Source: Octopus sinensis
Lineage: Eukaryota
Length of the DNA stretch: 64,000 nucleotides
Direction of reading: 5' to 3'
Assembly: GCF_006345805.1 (NCBI RefSeq)
Contig: NC_043008.1
Location: 60,264,001-60,328,000 of the forward strand
The position numbers were made by a program, and so were the translations under genes. Below the pieces are notes generated by a model. That model was not told the origin of the DNA. It ran no database searches and saw only the letters and a list, made by a program, of their open reading frames with translations. Shown here one piece after another: positions 14,210 to 28,730 of this stretch (position 1 is the first letter of the stretch; every line of letters starts with the position of its first letter).

Positions 14210-15899
14210 GTTCCCAGGTCTATTCTGATAATAAATGTATTAACAGCTCCATTCCATGTGGCAAGGCCTAATAACCTTTATTCACCTGAACTAGCATGAC
14301 ATCTAAATCGCGGGATGCAGCATGGTGGATATGAGCTCTGTCAGTCGTGAATCTGACACTGAAAAGTCAATAATTTTTCAACGCCCAGGATCAACTACTT
14401 CGGATAGAAAACTATGACTATCTTTTACAGTGGTGAAATATATCAAAAGATAAGTATAACGTATTAATCTGGTCAAGTCGTCCGACTGGATGATGATGGT
14501 GAATTATACGACGAACTTCCACACGATTTCCTTCAACTAATTTCATTCATAAGTCATTTTCAGTTGGAGTATACTTAATTTGCAAAGACTTCCTCAAATT
14601 GTCTGGTGCATTGCGGATCTGTACACGAAGCCACATCATTGCGACGGTGATTACTACGTGTTCGAAATTCTAAATCATGAGAGGATATGGACACTGATTT
14701 TGTATCATAGAGATAACAGTGTAAATTTTAAAACGTTTACGGTAGAGAATTTAATATGAACCAAAAGTGGTTTGCTTGAATATGCTCATACTCCTGATAA
14801 ACATAATATAGAAATTTATTACTAAACGTAAGCGATGGGTGGCCATAATTTTGAAAAAGACAGCATGTGAATTGATTATTTTATATTGAAGATTATGACC
14901 CACAAAATTCTTCTGCCACATGTTCAAAATAAGAAAAGTCGAAAAATAAATCGGCATGGTCGTTCACATCAATACCACCAGACACAACATTTCAAGAATA
15001 TGATCATTCCCAGGAAATAGAGTATAGGAAGATTACGACGTGTGTTTCAGAAACATATAGGGAAGAAGTTGGAAAATTTCAGGTTAGCTGTTGACTAGGA
15101 AAGATAGAGGATAAAGGTTATAGCTTGGTAGTTTAACTACGGCGACCATAGATTAGGAGTTTTGACTGGCTAATAGGCGTATATAAGTAAGCATGGTAAA
15201 TTTTTTAAAAATATTTTCTCAGCGTTATGTAAAGGCAAAGAAATTGCATTTCAAAGGTTTTGATCTTTTAGTGGAAATCTATTCAAAATGGAGACCTATT
15301 TATTCTGCTGAAGAGACAGAGCGTTACTTCAAATAACATGGGTCTTTTTATGTCTTCTTAGAAAGGTTCGTTTTTTTTTCTTGTTTAGCTTAGGAATATC
15401 TGAGTCTAGGAATATCTGTGGCGTTAATACATTTTACTGTATCCATTGATAGTTTTCACAGAGATTGCTCCTAATGGATATGTTAATTTAGATTGGAATT
15501 TATGAGCATGTTCTACTAGGTATGCGTGTATCTATATACATGCATACGCAAATAAATACATGCACACATAAATGCATATATGTGTATGTATATATATATA
15601 TATATATATATATAAACACATATACTTATATAATTAAATGCACGTATATACAAACACGCATACATTGGCTAATGTGTTCGTATGCTGATATATATTTTAT
15701 GTGTGTTATGTGTTTAATGTATATGCATGTGTAACATCTAGCTACCTATCTATATATCTATCTATCTGTTTGTTAGTTTGTCTGTCTGTCTCTGTCTGTC
15801 TATCTACCTGTGTATATCTCTCTCTCTCTATATATATATATGTGTGTGTGTGTGTAAATATGTATGTGTATATATACATATAGGCAACGATATATATAC

Positions 15900-15958
<59 letters not shown>

Positions 15959-18179
15959 AATGTATATGTATGTGTCTATGTATGTGTGTATGTATTGAAT
16001 TCATATACACACTGGCACACACTAAATTTGGTAAAGTATATATAACACGGAAATCAGAAGACGTGGATATTTAAAATCCCAGCCGTGTTTATTTCCGTCT
16101 AAAGCCGCTAGACACTTTTTCGTGTGAAAGTCTGCCATGACCCTCTTTGACTTTCATCTTCCTTGGGTCAATAAAATAAGTATCAGTTAGCAACGCTCAC
16201 AGATTCGATCTGCTATAAACCTGTACAAAAGAAGGTGGCTTTTACTTTGACAAAACCAGAGCTTTCTAGCGAATTATCTAGTATTTATAGACTTGAGGCA
16301 GTAAATATTTGCTGAACTGACTCTACGAAATATTATCGATTTGAATACGGAAGCACTTCATACCCATCCTTAATGCTCTTAGCAAATCTACGAACGTCAT
16401 AAATCCCTATTCATTATTATCTTTAAGTCTGAAGCTTCTTGACGCTGAATGAAATCCGCTATATGTCATGGCGGTGACCACTTCAGGCGAGAAGTTATTT
16501 ACTGACTATTAGAAACTTGAGATTTTCAGTCTAAGCAGTTCATTTCACGTGTGCAATGAATATCTTTGAGGAAAACATTATCAAAAATTGCATTATCTCA
16601 TTTATCTCTATCACTAAGAAATAGTACATTTGTTTCACAACAAAAATAAAAATCTATATCTTTTGTCGTATTCTATGCCTTATAAATGATCTATTCATAA
16701 TAACGATACACAACGGCTAATAACTTAAAGTTATATGAATAGTTAAGTGGAAGTGACTGAAACGATAAAGCATTGAACTGAATATCATATAACTGTTGAG
16801 AACTTATTGCATCGTGTATATTTTTTAGGATCGATGGAAAGAAAATATATCAGCAATATAAACATATACAGGGGATGGAACCAACTGGATTCTGTCAGCG
16901 CAATTAAATTGATGTTACATAACAATTTCTGAAGATAAATCTAATTGTAGATTCGATTTTACTCTGTTCTCTTAGCACAAGAGTTAAAATCTTAACCGAC
17001 CACCTACCCATATTTTCTATGCCCATATCCAGGATAAAGTACATAATTCCCCCGATGTTTCAGTTTACCGAAATACTAGAAATGGAAGCCAAACTATTGA
17101 AGAAATGTAATTTGCGATATATTATCATCATATCTGGAGTTTAGGGCCGTATTCCGTTTCTTTAATACGCAAACTATCCACCCGTTTAGCTTTAGGCCAC
17201 AATGATTTCACTAACTTCATGAAAAGAAAGAATATATATAAAATGTAAACAAGTTACAGAGACCATTGTTTTGGTATAGCTAAAACTAAAAAAGAAAAAT
17301 AAATGAAGATAAAAGGCAATGAAAATAAATCTTTATAGAATAATTTCCTTGGTGAATATAACTCGAGCTGATGTTCCTTTTTACTGTTTTTTTTTAATAC
17401 TAAAAAATACATCAAATAAGAAAATACAAAATAAAAGAATAAAAATATGCGTTTCTGCTCCCATGAAATAATACTCTCTCTTTCTTCGTTTGTTATTTCC
17501 TTCAAAATAGTTTCAGATTTCTAAAAGAGATCCTTTCCCCGGTAGCTCAGAACTTCCTTTAATTTCGTAACGCTGAAATATTCTCTTCCCAAGCTTCTCT
17601 CCAGGAATATTACGCTTCGTTTCCGTCTGTTAGCAGTTATGCGATGAAATCTGTTGTCAGTGCCAAAATCAGACGTTCTGTAATTCCTGCTGATATTATT
17701 CTCTCCTCTCGCTGTCAGAAGAACATCCTATTCTCTTTACTGTCACCGCCAGCTTTCATTAAATATTCGGGCAGATAACTCCGGATAAACTGTCACGAAA
17801 TACGTGACCTTTTTTTTTTAAAAAAGAAAAAAAAAAGAATCCATAGGTCAAAGTTCAGTCCTATATAATGTAATGTTTCATATTATAATAATGTACTACA
17901 GCTATGTAGAATGTAACGTTTTCTTCGAAAACATGATTGATGCAATATATTTTGTTAATATATTTTATTTCAGCGTCTTTCAGACAATAAATAATTCCAT
18001 ATTTAAAGTAAAACAATCTTGTTTACAGTAAAATAGTTTACGCCATATCTATTCGAAATCACTGAGCAAATACCAAACACTTTGCTGAAGAAGAATCTAA
18101 ATGTAATTTTATTTCCATTTAATATGTTTGTTTACTGGAGCGTGGCATAAAATATTATAAAAGCTTACAACTAAAACGT

Positions 18180-18219
<40 letters not shown>

Positions 18220-18261
18220 CATACATATATATACATATATATATATACATAGATACATACA

Positions 18262-18300
<39 letters not shown>

Positions 18301-18924
18301 TACATATATATCAAAGATAAATGGCTCTCAGTGTGTTGGGCAAGTAGCTGTTTTGGTCCCACAAAAAAGAAAACAAAATCAGATCAGAGAAAGCCTAGGA
18401 TCTCACAAAGACTTTGAAAATACATTTTCTTTTATGCATACGTGAATTCTAAATCTTTTGTTCACCAATCGTAATACGTTCAGTGACCTTCGATGTATTA
18501 TCTATGTTAATAATAGACATTATTCACGGAGAGTCTTTTGGAAGAATTTTCTATGATAACCCATGTATAACCCTCTAATTAAAGAGGAAAAAAAATCAAT
18601 TTATCTCTACTTGTAATCCGTGCAGTAGCATACACATAAAAGTCATACGGATTTCAAAGAGCGGTATATGACTCTACTCGGTCGAAAATGTAATAGATAA
18701 ACAAATAAGTAAGTAAACGAATCAACATATAAAGTTTTTAGAAAAATGTTTATAAGGCTTTAAACATATTCGCCCGAAACATTCTGATGGTTATAGAAAG
18801 AAAACATCAATGGATTGGTTTACACAAGTTTTAAAGATTCGCAAAATTGATCTTCGTTTCCACGTTCACTGAGAGCTATGCTATGATGGAAGTAAAATGA
18901 GAGAGAAGGGGAGAGAGAGAGAGC

Positions 18925-18967
<43 letters not shown>

Positions 18968-20122
18968 GGAGAGATAGATAGGTAGAGAGACAGAGTGTGG
19001 GAGATATAGATAGACAGAAAAAGAGAGAGAGAGAGAGAGAGATCGAAAAGTTACTCAAAACAACAGAGAGGGAGAGATAGAAGTGGATAATTAGCTGAAA
19101 ATAGTTGTACTATGAAGTTCTTTGTGGAATTCAATGTTCTGCTCCGTTCTGAAGGTTAGTAAGAAGTTATCTATAATAATGTGTTTAATGAGAGAGCAAG
19201 TGGCTAGCATACCATTGATCAGAAGAGACCTTTATCGTTTCCAAGCTAGACTTCAGGGAATGCCATATCTTAAAAGTAGTTTCAAACAGATAATGAACTA
19301 CTCTACAATGCACTCGATCAGTGTAAACAAAACAATGGAAAAAACGTTTGCGTAGTCAATAATAAAATAAAGATGTTTTTTTCTTACTAAAATAGAAAAA
19401 TATAAACATCTATTCGGTTTAGATTTACTCTGTAAAGACACGACCGCACGTGCTCTTGATATAAACACTTAAGAATAGAAAAGAAAACTAAAATCTCGAG
19501 CAACTCTATTAATATAAGCAGCGTTTCTATAATTCTTGCTAGTTACTTGGAGTAGCTAACTGCTGTAAGTGCGTACTCAAACGCTATCTACTTGTATCTA
19601 AAACTGAAAGGCCGAAACTAGTGAACACAGTATAATGGTGGAGCGTTTTCATTTAAAGTTTTATTTTACTGTGGGAAATGCCACTCTCTCATTTCCTACA
19701 TTTATTGATAATCCTTCGAATTTAAGTCCTAAAATTAAGAAAACAAGAAGAAAGAAAAACCGAAAAAACAGAAGTTCATTCAATATATAAATTTATATTA
19801 GCATGAAAGAATTTTAATTTTTAATAAATTTTATTTCCTTTTAGCCAAATTATCTAATGAAGCTATCTAGTTTAAAAAGATACAAACATATAAGAAAAAT
19901 ACTAACAAAAAGAAAAATGTGTGTCTTATACACCAAATGATCTATCGTTTAAACGAGTCTTTGAAAACTAGCTAAACACTGAATCAATACTCGGTTTTGC
20001 GTTTCAGTAGAGCTATTTACAATAATATATATATTTTTTATGCATTTTTGAATTGATTAATTTCTACAGGAAATAAAAAAAATGTTCATGATGATGGACA
20101 AATAATAATAATAATAACTAAG

Positions 20123-20197
<75 letters not shown>

Positions 20198-20856
20198 GTA
20201 TGTATCTATCTGTCTATCTATCTATCTATCTTTCTATCTATATATATATATATAGCTACAACTAAATATCTATGCAAAAGAGAAATAATTTTGCTGACAT
20301 TTTAATATCGCAATAAATATATTGATCACTACCGTTCAATTGTGAAATCAAAATATCGACGTGATCATGTACAAAAAAAAAACGAAATATAACAAAACAA
20401 ACAAATATAATAAATAAATAAAATCCTATAAATTGTATCAATTTTGGTTTATAGTGAAAGAAAAATCGATAAGGCGCAATAAACATTAGTTATTCATTGA
20501 AGTAGTTATTTAAAACATTAAATGATTTGAACAGCTAAAAATGCTTTCTCAAATCACTACCGACTTCCTTTGGTTTTAACACAGTAGAATTGTCGTTTTA
20601 TTAACGACGTTTTTAGCGACAATATCTTCTTACAAATGGACTAGCTCGTGGAGTCAATTTACTTGCTAGCATCGTGGAACAGAAGCAGCATCGTCGCCGT
20701 TGTTGTTTGTACTATTCTGAAACTGATAGTCTATTGAATCTTAGTAAACTGACAGCTCCAAATGGATGTGAACGTTTGATATTTTAAGTAAAGTGACGAA
20801 CTATATAGCACATTCCTTACGCTGGAGTCCCTTTTAGTGAGAAAGAGAAATATTAG

Positions 20857-20889
<33 letters not shown>

Positions 20890-20955
20890 TTATGTATATA
20901 TGTATGTATATATATATGTATATATATACATATGTACATATATATATATATATAT

Positions 20956-21024
<69 letters not shown>

Positions 21025-21031
21025 ATGTATG

Positions 21032-21065
<34 letters not shown>

Positions 21066-22432
21066 TATATATACACGGATGCTATGAAAGAGAATTTTAC
21101 GCAAAATGCCATACCAAACTTTGAAAGAAAGGAAGACGGGGGTCATGTACTTGTATTTATAAGGGCTTAACATTTGCTTCTTCAATCCTTAGCAAAACAA
21201 AAAGAATATTATAATAACACAAGGCAGGAAGAAACGGTTAATATTTGAATATAGCGTAATCATTTGAACTGCATGTTTGCCAGCTTCTTATACTTTTAGT
21301 GTCTTACTACATATTAACAATGAGAAAAATAACAAAAGAGACATAAGGAACAGAGATAGAGACACCGAGAGGGAGCGATGTATAGATAGATAGATAGATA
21401 GAGAGAGTGGGAGTTTGTGGCTGAGAGAGAGACAGAAACACACCGAAAAAGAGTGAAAATATGTCTGAGTGGGTAAAGGTGGAAAGAAGGACGCGGGAAA
21501 ATATAAACAAAGAGATAGTAAAGGCATCTGAAAACAAAAACGCACACACATATATATATATATATATATGTGTGTACTTATATATGTATATTTCCGTGTT
21601 CAGACAGACAAGTGCGTTTGTACATACCTACGTACGTACACACTCAAACACAGAGCAAGTGAAAGTGTGAGAGAGGGTGGGGAGCAAGAGTGAGAGAGAA
21701 ACAGATAGCGACAGAACGAATGAGAGAGAGAGAAATAATAAGAAAGAAAGACCGACAAAATGATAGAAATAGAAAACAAAGAGAAGCAAATAGGTAAGTG
21801 GAGCAGCTTATGCGAGGTTTTGTCCGCTTCAGTTATTTACTATTTGACTTGCAAATATTCTAAGCTATAACCCGTTTCTTATTTATTTTCTTTGGTTTCA
21901 GGTTCCTTAACATGAATATTTCATTTCAGATTGCCTGATTCACCAAATCGTGTAAAACGTTCAAGTACAAATTCCATTCCTTTCATGTTAAAACTCTAAA
22001 CTATTTTGCTAGCCTTGCTTCGATTCTCTCGTTGAATACGTTGTTTTTCGCTTACCACACCCTACTATAATGTCAAACATTTAGAAATCATTATGTGCAT
22101 TATCAGAAGAACGTTCAATATGCTTTCGTTTTTATTATATTCATGCATTATCGAGTTCCAATTGTAAGTCAAAGAAAACCTATAATTCACTAGGTTAGGT
22201 ATGGATTTGGATTTTGGTCTTATTCTTCTTCCACACATTTCAAATATTTGATGTTGGAATCCGAGAGAATTGAGACTATTTTATCTCTTAGTTTTCTTCC
22301 TAATTCTATAAATCATTGCTTATAAAATACTGATTTATTATTCACGTAATGAAAATTTAGAAAGTTCGAGAGATATGAAATAAATCAATTTTTATGATGG
22401 AAGTCGGAGTTAATAAAGCTAGAAATGATATT

Positions 22433-22814
22433 CTTTCCTGCTCTAGACACAAGGACCGAAATTTTGGGGGAGGGGGCCAGTCGATTAGATCGACCGCAGT
22501 AGCAACTGGTACTTAATTTATCGACCCCGAAAGGATGAAAGGCAAAGTTGATCTCGGCGGATTTTGAATTCAGAACGTAACGGCAGAGGTAATACCTATT
22601 TCTTTACTACCCACAAGGGGCTAAACCCAGAGAGGACAAAAAAGGACAGAAAAACAGATCAAGTCGATTATATCGACTCCAGTGCGTAACTGGTACTTAT
22701 TTAATAGTCGCCGAAAGGATGAAAAGCAAATTTGACCTCGGCGGAATTTGAACTCAGAACGTAGCGGCTAATCATTTCGCCCGGCGTGCTAACGTTTCTA
22801 CCAGCTCGTCGCCT
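22433..22814 (-). mobile_element. Dimeric SINE-A (head + core + tail 1 + second core + tail 2) with TSD
   Basis: Two copies of the gatgaaa(g/a)gcaaa..tga(t/c)ctcggcgga core; flanks taaagctagaaatgatatt (22414-22432) and taaagctataaataatatt (22815-22833). Confidence 0.9.
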
Positions 22815-23029
22815 TAAAGCTATAAATAATATTGCGTAGAAAACCATACGTGCGAAGTTCTCAAATTTATCTATCTAATTGCTCTTTTTTAACCACATAT
22901 TTTTCAAGCGTCTACATATAATTGTATCTACTTCGGGTCTCACACTTAGAAATGATTTACTAATAGATCAGGTCTATCAAATTGGTTTCGAATCAAGCGT
23001 TGCCTTGAAACCTGAATGAAATATATATT

Positions 23030-23177
23030 AACTGGTACTTAATTTATCGACCTCGAAAGGATAAAAGGCAAAGTTGATCTCGGCGGATTTTGAACTCAGA
23101 ACGTAAAGACAGACGAAATACCGATGAGCATTTCCCCCTCCAACGGCATGCTAACGTTTCTACAGCTTGCCGCCTTA
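23030..23177 (-). mobile_element. SINE-A 5' part
   Basis: actggtacttaatttatcgacctcgaaaggataaaaggcaaagttgatctcggcgg...gcttgccgcctt. Confidence 0.85.
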
Positions 23178-23364
23178 GAGTAATAAGATATTTAAAAAAT
23201 AAAATTGGCATGACGGAAACAGAAATGACTAGCAGTGACCAGAAAGGGAAGCAACTGTTTAAATACAACAAGATCTGTCGAACGCTCTGCGTTATTGAAA
23301 TAAACCAGGTTATCGGCGCAAACGATCATTCACTCACATATAAGAACATACATATATACACACA

Positions 23365-23406
<42 letters not shown>

Positions 23407-23415
23407 ATATATTAT

Positions 23416-23461
<46 letters not shown>

Positions 23462-23958
23462 TATATATTATATACACATATACATATGTATATATAGACA
23501 TAAACATAAATGTATAAAACCAAACATATACACATAAAAATAAAATATACATTAATATACACATAATATGTATTCATACACACATACATATTTAAATCCC
23601 ATTATCATGTGAATTCGATTCCCGATGAACACAGAACCGCCTTACATCTTTCCATGTAGAATATAATGCTAGGTCTATTTAATCCAATGTGTAGCTGACA
23701 CATTCTGAGTGTAGTTCCTGAGGATCGTTATTGATCCTAGCTGTTGAAAAGTTTATGAAAAGGTAAACCAGATAATTATAGAAAAGGTCAGAGGGTGTTT
23801 AATCTATTTCTTAAGTATATATATATCGTCTGAACGTATTTCAGGTAAAGTCACTCTTATGTAAATTTTGAAAATCTGGTGAATATTGGTGATGTAGAAA
23901 GCAATGGCGTCATTTCATCGGTTTCGCAATTTACATATATGCATACATGCATACATAA

Positions 23959-23985
<27 letters not shown>

Positions 23986-23989
<4 letters not shown>

Positions 23990-24389
23990 AGGAAAATAAA
24001 ACAAGATAGAAAATGCTAAAATAATTTTATCGTGAAGAACATTTTAGTACAGGTTTCAGTCTTTGCGACTTTTTCAACTTAGAGTAAAGCATGAAAAACA
24101 ATTAAATTGTGAAAAAATGAAATGTTTAAAAAGATATTTCTATAGTTTTCAAATGCATAGGACATGAGTAAAACTGAGAGACAGAGACAGAGAGAAAAAG
24201 GAATATGTTCCTTGCATCTGAAAACTATGGAAATATTTTAAAAAACATTTCATTTAATTTTTCCACAATTTAATTGTTTTCCATGCTTGACTCCAAGTTG
24301 AAAAAGTCGTAAAGGCTGAAACCGGTACTAAAATGTTCTTCACGATAAAATAATTTTAGCATTTTCTACCTTGTCCTATTTTTCTTATA
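23986..24389. mobile_element. Palindromic MITE-like element, about 176-180-bp arms, TA-flanked
   Basis: 23986-24161 pairs with the reverse complement of 24210-24389 with scattered mismatches; ends tataaggaaaat / atttttcttata. Confidence 0.85.
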
Positions 24390-24435
24390 CATATCAACTC
24401 GTGTGTTCCTTTTCATCCTTCTACATACACACACA

Positions 24436-24492
<57 letters not shown>

Positions 24493-25690
24493 TTGCATGT
24501 ACATATATACCTATATATGAGTGTGCACGTGCGTGAGAATGTGTATGTGTAAGAGAGGGGAGAGAGACAAAGAGGTCTATTGTTATTAGACATGATCTGT
24601 ATTTTCGTATATATCTACATATACATTGTTAAGACGTTGAATTGAAACCTGTTATAAAATAGGTATGTATATGTGTGACAGATAACGGAACAAGAAAGGA
24701 AACGTATTCATTTACCTATGTGATACAAAAACTACTATAGTCTGACCTCATAACAACACCATAATGGAGACAATATCGTGAAAAATAAACAGAATGAAAT
24801 AGTAAAGAAAGGATTATTCTGAAATTCATATATAGAAGAAAATAATTCTGTAATATCTTTCCTTATTTACTCGCACAGCGGGTTTCCTTTAGTTTCCGTC
24901 TACCAAATCCACCCACAATACTTTTGGGAATTGTGTTAAATATCTCACACTTTGCGAGGCGTTGATGTAGATAGACAGCATCGTATATTATAGACTATCA
25001 ATTTGATTTAGTTGTGAATCTGTTAATATATATTTGCAGATACTTGAGAAACGAAACCAAGTGAGCTACTCCTATCGATATGCAGTACTTAGCTGTCGTT
25101 TACCAGAATCGAAAAACTACGTGGAGGTACTCATCTCTCTTTCTTTCTCTCTCTCCCTCTCTCTCTAACTTTCTTGCTACCTCTCCATACCCCTCCACTT
25201 ATTCTCACTGTTCCGAACTTTCTCTTCTCTTTCTCTCTTTCTAATACTTACACCCACCTCTGTCTCTCTCGCTCTCTCTCTCTGTCGTTATTTTGTTAAG
25301 TAAAGTTGATTACATGACCAAACCTATTGTGAGATTTCCTCAATTAATTAGTTGATTACTTAAATGAAATCAGGTTTGAGGTTAATCGATAACTTTGACA
25401 AAATCTATTTATCGAGTTCAGTGTTGTTTCATTTGATTGAATAAATATAACCAATCCAAGATTAATTAATTGATTTACTTAATGAAATCAGTGTATCAAA
25501 TTCAAGTTTAATTGGCTAATTCAATCAAATCGGTATATATGATCTTAGTATGGTTAATCAATTATACTGTACAGTATAATATAACTGGAACAAGAAAGGA
25601 ACAAGCAACGATTTTCCTCATAGCTGAGCAGAGATACTTACAGCTAATCAATGTGTTGCTAAAACAAAAGAAAAGAGTAGTACCGGATAC

Positions 25691-25759
<69 letters not shown>

Positions 25760-25934
25760 ATATATATATGTATATATATGTACTTAAGGTTAGTAGATCT
25801 TAGAATGGTGGATTCGAATTAAAGTAGATGTAACTGCTTCTCCTTACAAAGATAATACATCACACATGTTTATGCAAACACATAAACACATTGACGTTTA
25901 TGTATGTATGCATGCATGTATGTGTGTATGCATG

Positions 25935-25999
<65 letters not shown>

Positions 26000-26065
26000 C
26001 GTACACCTAACCAACCGCTGTGTTCATTTACACATTTACACACACACATATATATGTAATTACAC

Positions 26066-26390
26066 ATCTTGCGTAGCATCTTCCGCAAGTGCCTTCTAAT
26101 ATAACCTCGGGTCGACCAAAGCCTTCTGAGTGCATTTGGTAGACGGAAACTGAAAGAAGCCCGTCTTACATATACATGTGTGTGTGTATTTATGTCTTTG
26201 TTTGTATCCCCACCATCGCTTGGTAACCGATGTTGGTGTGTTTACGTACACGTAACGTAGCGGTTCGGCAAAAGAGAATGATATAATTAGTACGAGGCTT
26301 ACAAAGAATAAATCCTGGGGTCGATTTGTTCGAATAAAGGCGCTGCTTCAGCATGGCCGCAGTCAAATGACTGGAACAAGTAAAAGAATA
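26066..26390 (+). mobile_element. SINE-B, 5'-eroded
   Basis: gtcgaccaaagcctt...ggtagacggaaactgaaagaagcccgtc...cagcatggccgcagtcaaatgactggaacaagtaaaaga. Confidence 0.9.
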
Positions 26391-26904
26391 CCAACACTGC
26401 TGGTCAAGCGGTGGTGGGAAGAAAGACAAAAAAAAAGACGCACACATGCACATATGTATGCATTTATTTTTTAGGTATGTATGTATATAATTGATGGGTT
26501 TCTATCAGTTTCTCTCTACCAAATCCACCCAAAACCGTTTAATCAGCCCAAGGTTATAAGATACTTTGTGTAGTGTGCCATTCAGTAGGAATGAACCTGT
26601 GAACCATGTGATTGGGAACCAAACTTCCTACCACATAGCCACGACGATTATGCGTACAAACGCAAAAAATATAGCATCAAAGATATTCTGCAGATTATAT
26701 AATGTATTTTGGTTGGAATTCCGATCACCAAATTTCTAAAGCAGTTTCATCTGGCTTGATAGAATTAACGTAGAAGTGGCTGAGTATATTACAAACAAGC
26801 AAATCTCTTGCAGAGCAAGACAGAGTGTATCTCCTCTGTGGTCATTTGAACAAGAAGTAAATACGTTCAGCGGTCTTCCACCTGATATCTATATCTTTTG
26901 TGTT

Positions 26905-27085
26905 TTAACTTTTACTCGTTTCACTCATTATACTGGAGCCATACTGGGGCAGCGCCTTGAGCAATTCTTTGTCGAATGTATGGGCCCCTGACATTTATTC
27001 TACTGTATTCTTTTGCCGACGTGCTAGGTTACAGGGATGTAAACACACCAGCAACGGTTGTCAAGAGGTAATTGAGGTGGGGCAC
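26905..27085 (-). mobile_element. Degenerate SINE-B 3' half
   Basis: tactcgtttcactcatt...cttttgccgacgtgctaggttacagggatgtaaacacacc...ggttgtcaag. Confidence 0.7.
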
Positions 27086-27340
27086 AAAAACAGAAAGAAA
27101 GAGCCTCCTCATCTCTTTACATACATACATACATACATATATATAATTCTTACATACATACGTAATATAAAATTGAAGATCAGTGAAAAAGAGAATACCT
27201 ACGCTGATCTATTGAGAAATTTGCACTCTATCCAGATTACAGGTTCAATTTTATAACTGCAATTATTGGGGCCCTGGGATATGTAACATACTGCCTAATT
27301 ACCAATTAAAATACATTTTTAGACGTGTATTTGTATATCA

Positions 27341-27878
27341 ACCGAGTCCATCATAAGGATTTTCCCGCCACCTGCTTTTGACCTGGAAGGGAAGGCAGTT
27401 CTCTTCTGTCTGGTGGCTGTGGAGAAAGAGGTAGTGTGGTGGGCGAGGTTGGGCACTCTTGAAGACAAATACATCCTGTTCGGCCAGGCCCCGATCTACT
27501 TTCTTAAGTTCAACTTGAAAAAGGAAAGTATGAGTGGAAAGGGAAATGCTGCCCTTCGAAACGTATTTTTGTTGAAAGCTGATGACCTCTGTGAATTGGC
27601 CGAAACTGAACATATGCTTGTAATCCGGATGGAATTGAGAAGAGAAGTGCTTGCTAGGGTTGCCTTGGTTGTTGAGGGTCACCAGTATGTGTGGGGTTCC
27701 TTGGCTGTCTCTGATTGGAACTGACCCACTTTTGGGGATTTTTATAGTTGAATTCTTATTGTGATTTGGTCTTGTTTTTATAGTATACACGAAATTTTTT
27801 GTAAAGCCTCACTCATCCCTTGTTTTGTATTGTTCCTTCCTGTTTTATATTCGGCCCTAGTGGCCAATAAATAAAAGA

Positions 27879-27942
<64 letters not shown>
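27341..27942 (+). mobile_element. 3' end of an L1/Tx1-clade LINE (ORF2 C-terminus, 3' UTR, AATAAA, (ATT)n tail)
   Basis: Translates ESIIRIFPPPAFDLEGKAVLFCLVAVEKEVVWWAR...FLKFNLK, resembling the L.L..AK..IW..R C-terminal region of L1/Tx1 ORF2; GC-rich island ending aataaataaaagatc(att)n. Clade assigned by recognition only. Confidence 0.6.
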
Positions 27943-27944
<2 letters not shown>

Positions 27945-28730
27945 GTTGTTGTAATTAACATTGTAATCTCACAACAATAGCATATAAATATGCTATTTAT
28001 ATTTGCATATTCTAGATTCATATATCAATATCGAACAGCATTAATTCTGTTGACCTACATCTATTTATTTTCCAGCAAGCTTAGTATAAAAAAGGAAAAA
28101 AAAATCAGATAATTATTTTCTTCTAATGAAATATGACGATATTCCCAGTCAGACGTGCCATCTATCTTATTTCTACGATAATGGTTTGTTTAATTATCCC
28201 CGAATGTTTCTTCCTCATACATGTCAACTAAATATCTAGCTCTATAGAGAGTAATTTCAGACTAAAATGTATCACATTTTAACGAATCACTATGCGTTTT
28301 CAGTATCTGAACGGATTAAAAGGCAGTTCTGTTTACAAGAATACTTTATGAAATGAATATGTTGTGACATGATTTGTTTTTATTTATTTCTTTTTTTATT
28401 ATTTTAGTGTTTATGTTATTTGTTAAACAGTTTAACATATATGGACATTAGTGTTTCACACTAATGAAATTTTAGACGATAAACAGTGTGATAGATGCGT
28501 TACACATATCCTACATATAAATTTATTTGTAACATATATATTGCAACACCAGTAACTACTACTGCTGTTATTGTTAACATTACTACGAGAATGCACTTGG
28601 TTTTTAAAAGATAAGTAAAGTAAACACTACCATAAAGTGTTGTATTGCTGAAAATGTCAAAAAGATATAATGAGCGCGGTGGCATTGTTTAAATATGCGC
28701 GACTTTAAAAGACACGATTTTTAATCTATC

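Noticed and set aside
25040-25126. 87-nt open segment between tttgcag and gtactc (ILEKRNQVSYSYRY…)
   Set aside because: Weak donor, a competing internal gtgagc, and an unrecognisable peptide; compatible with chance.
27582-27620. ctgatga…ccgaaac hammerhead-like spacing
   Set aside because: Helix II cannot close (C opposite C), and it lies within the L1/Tx1 coding relic.
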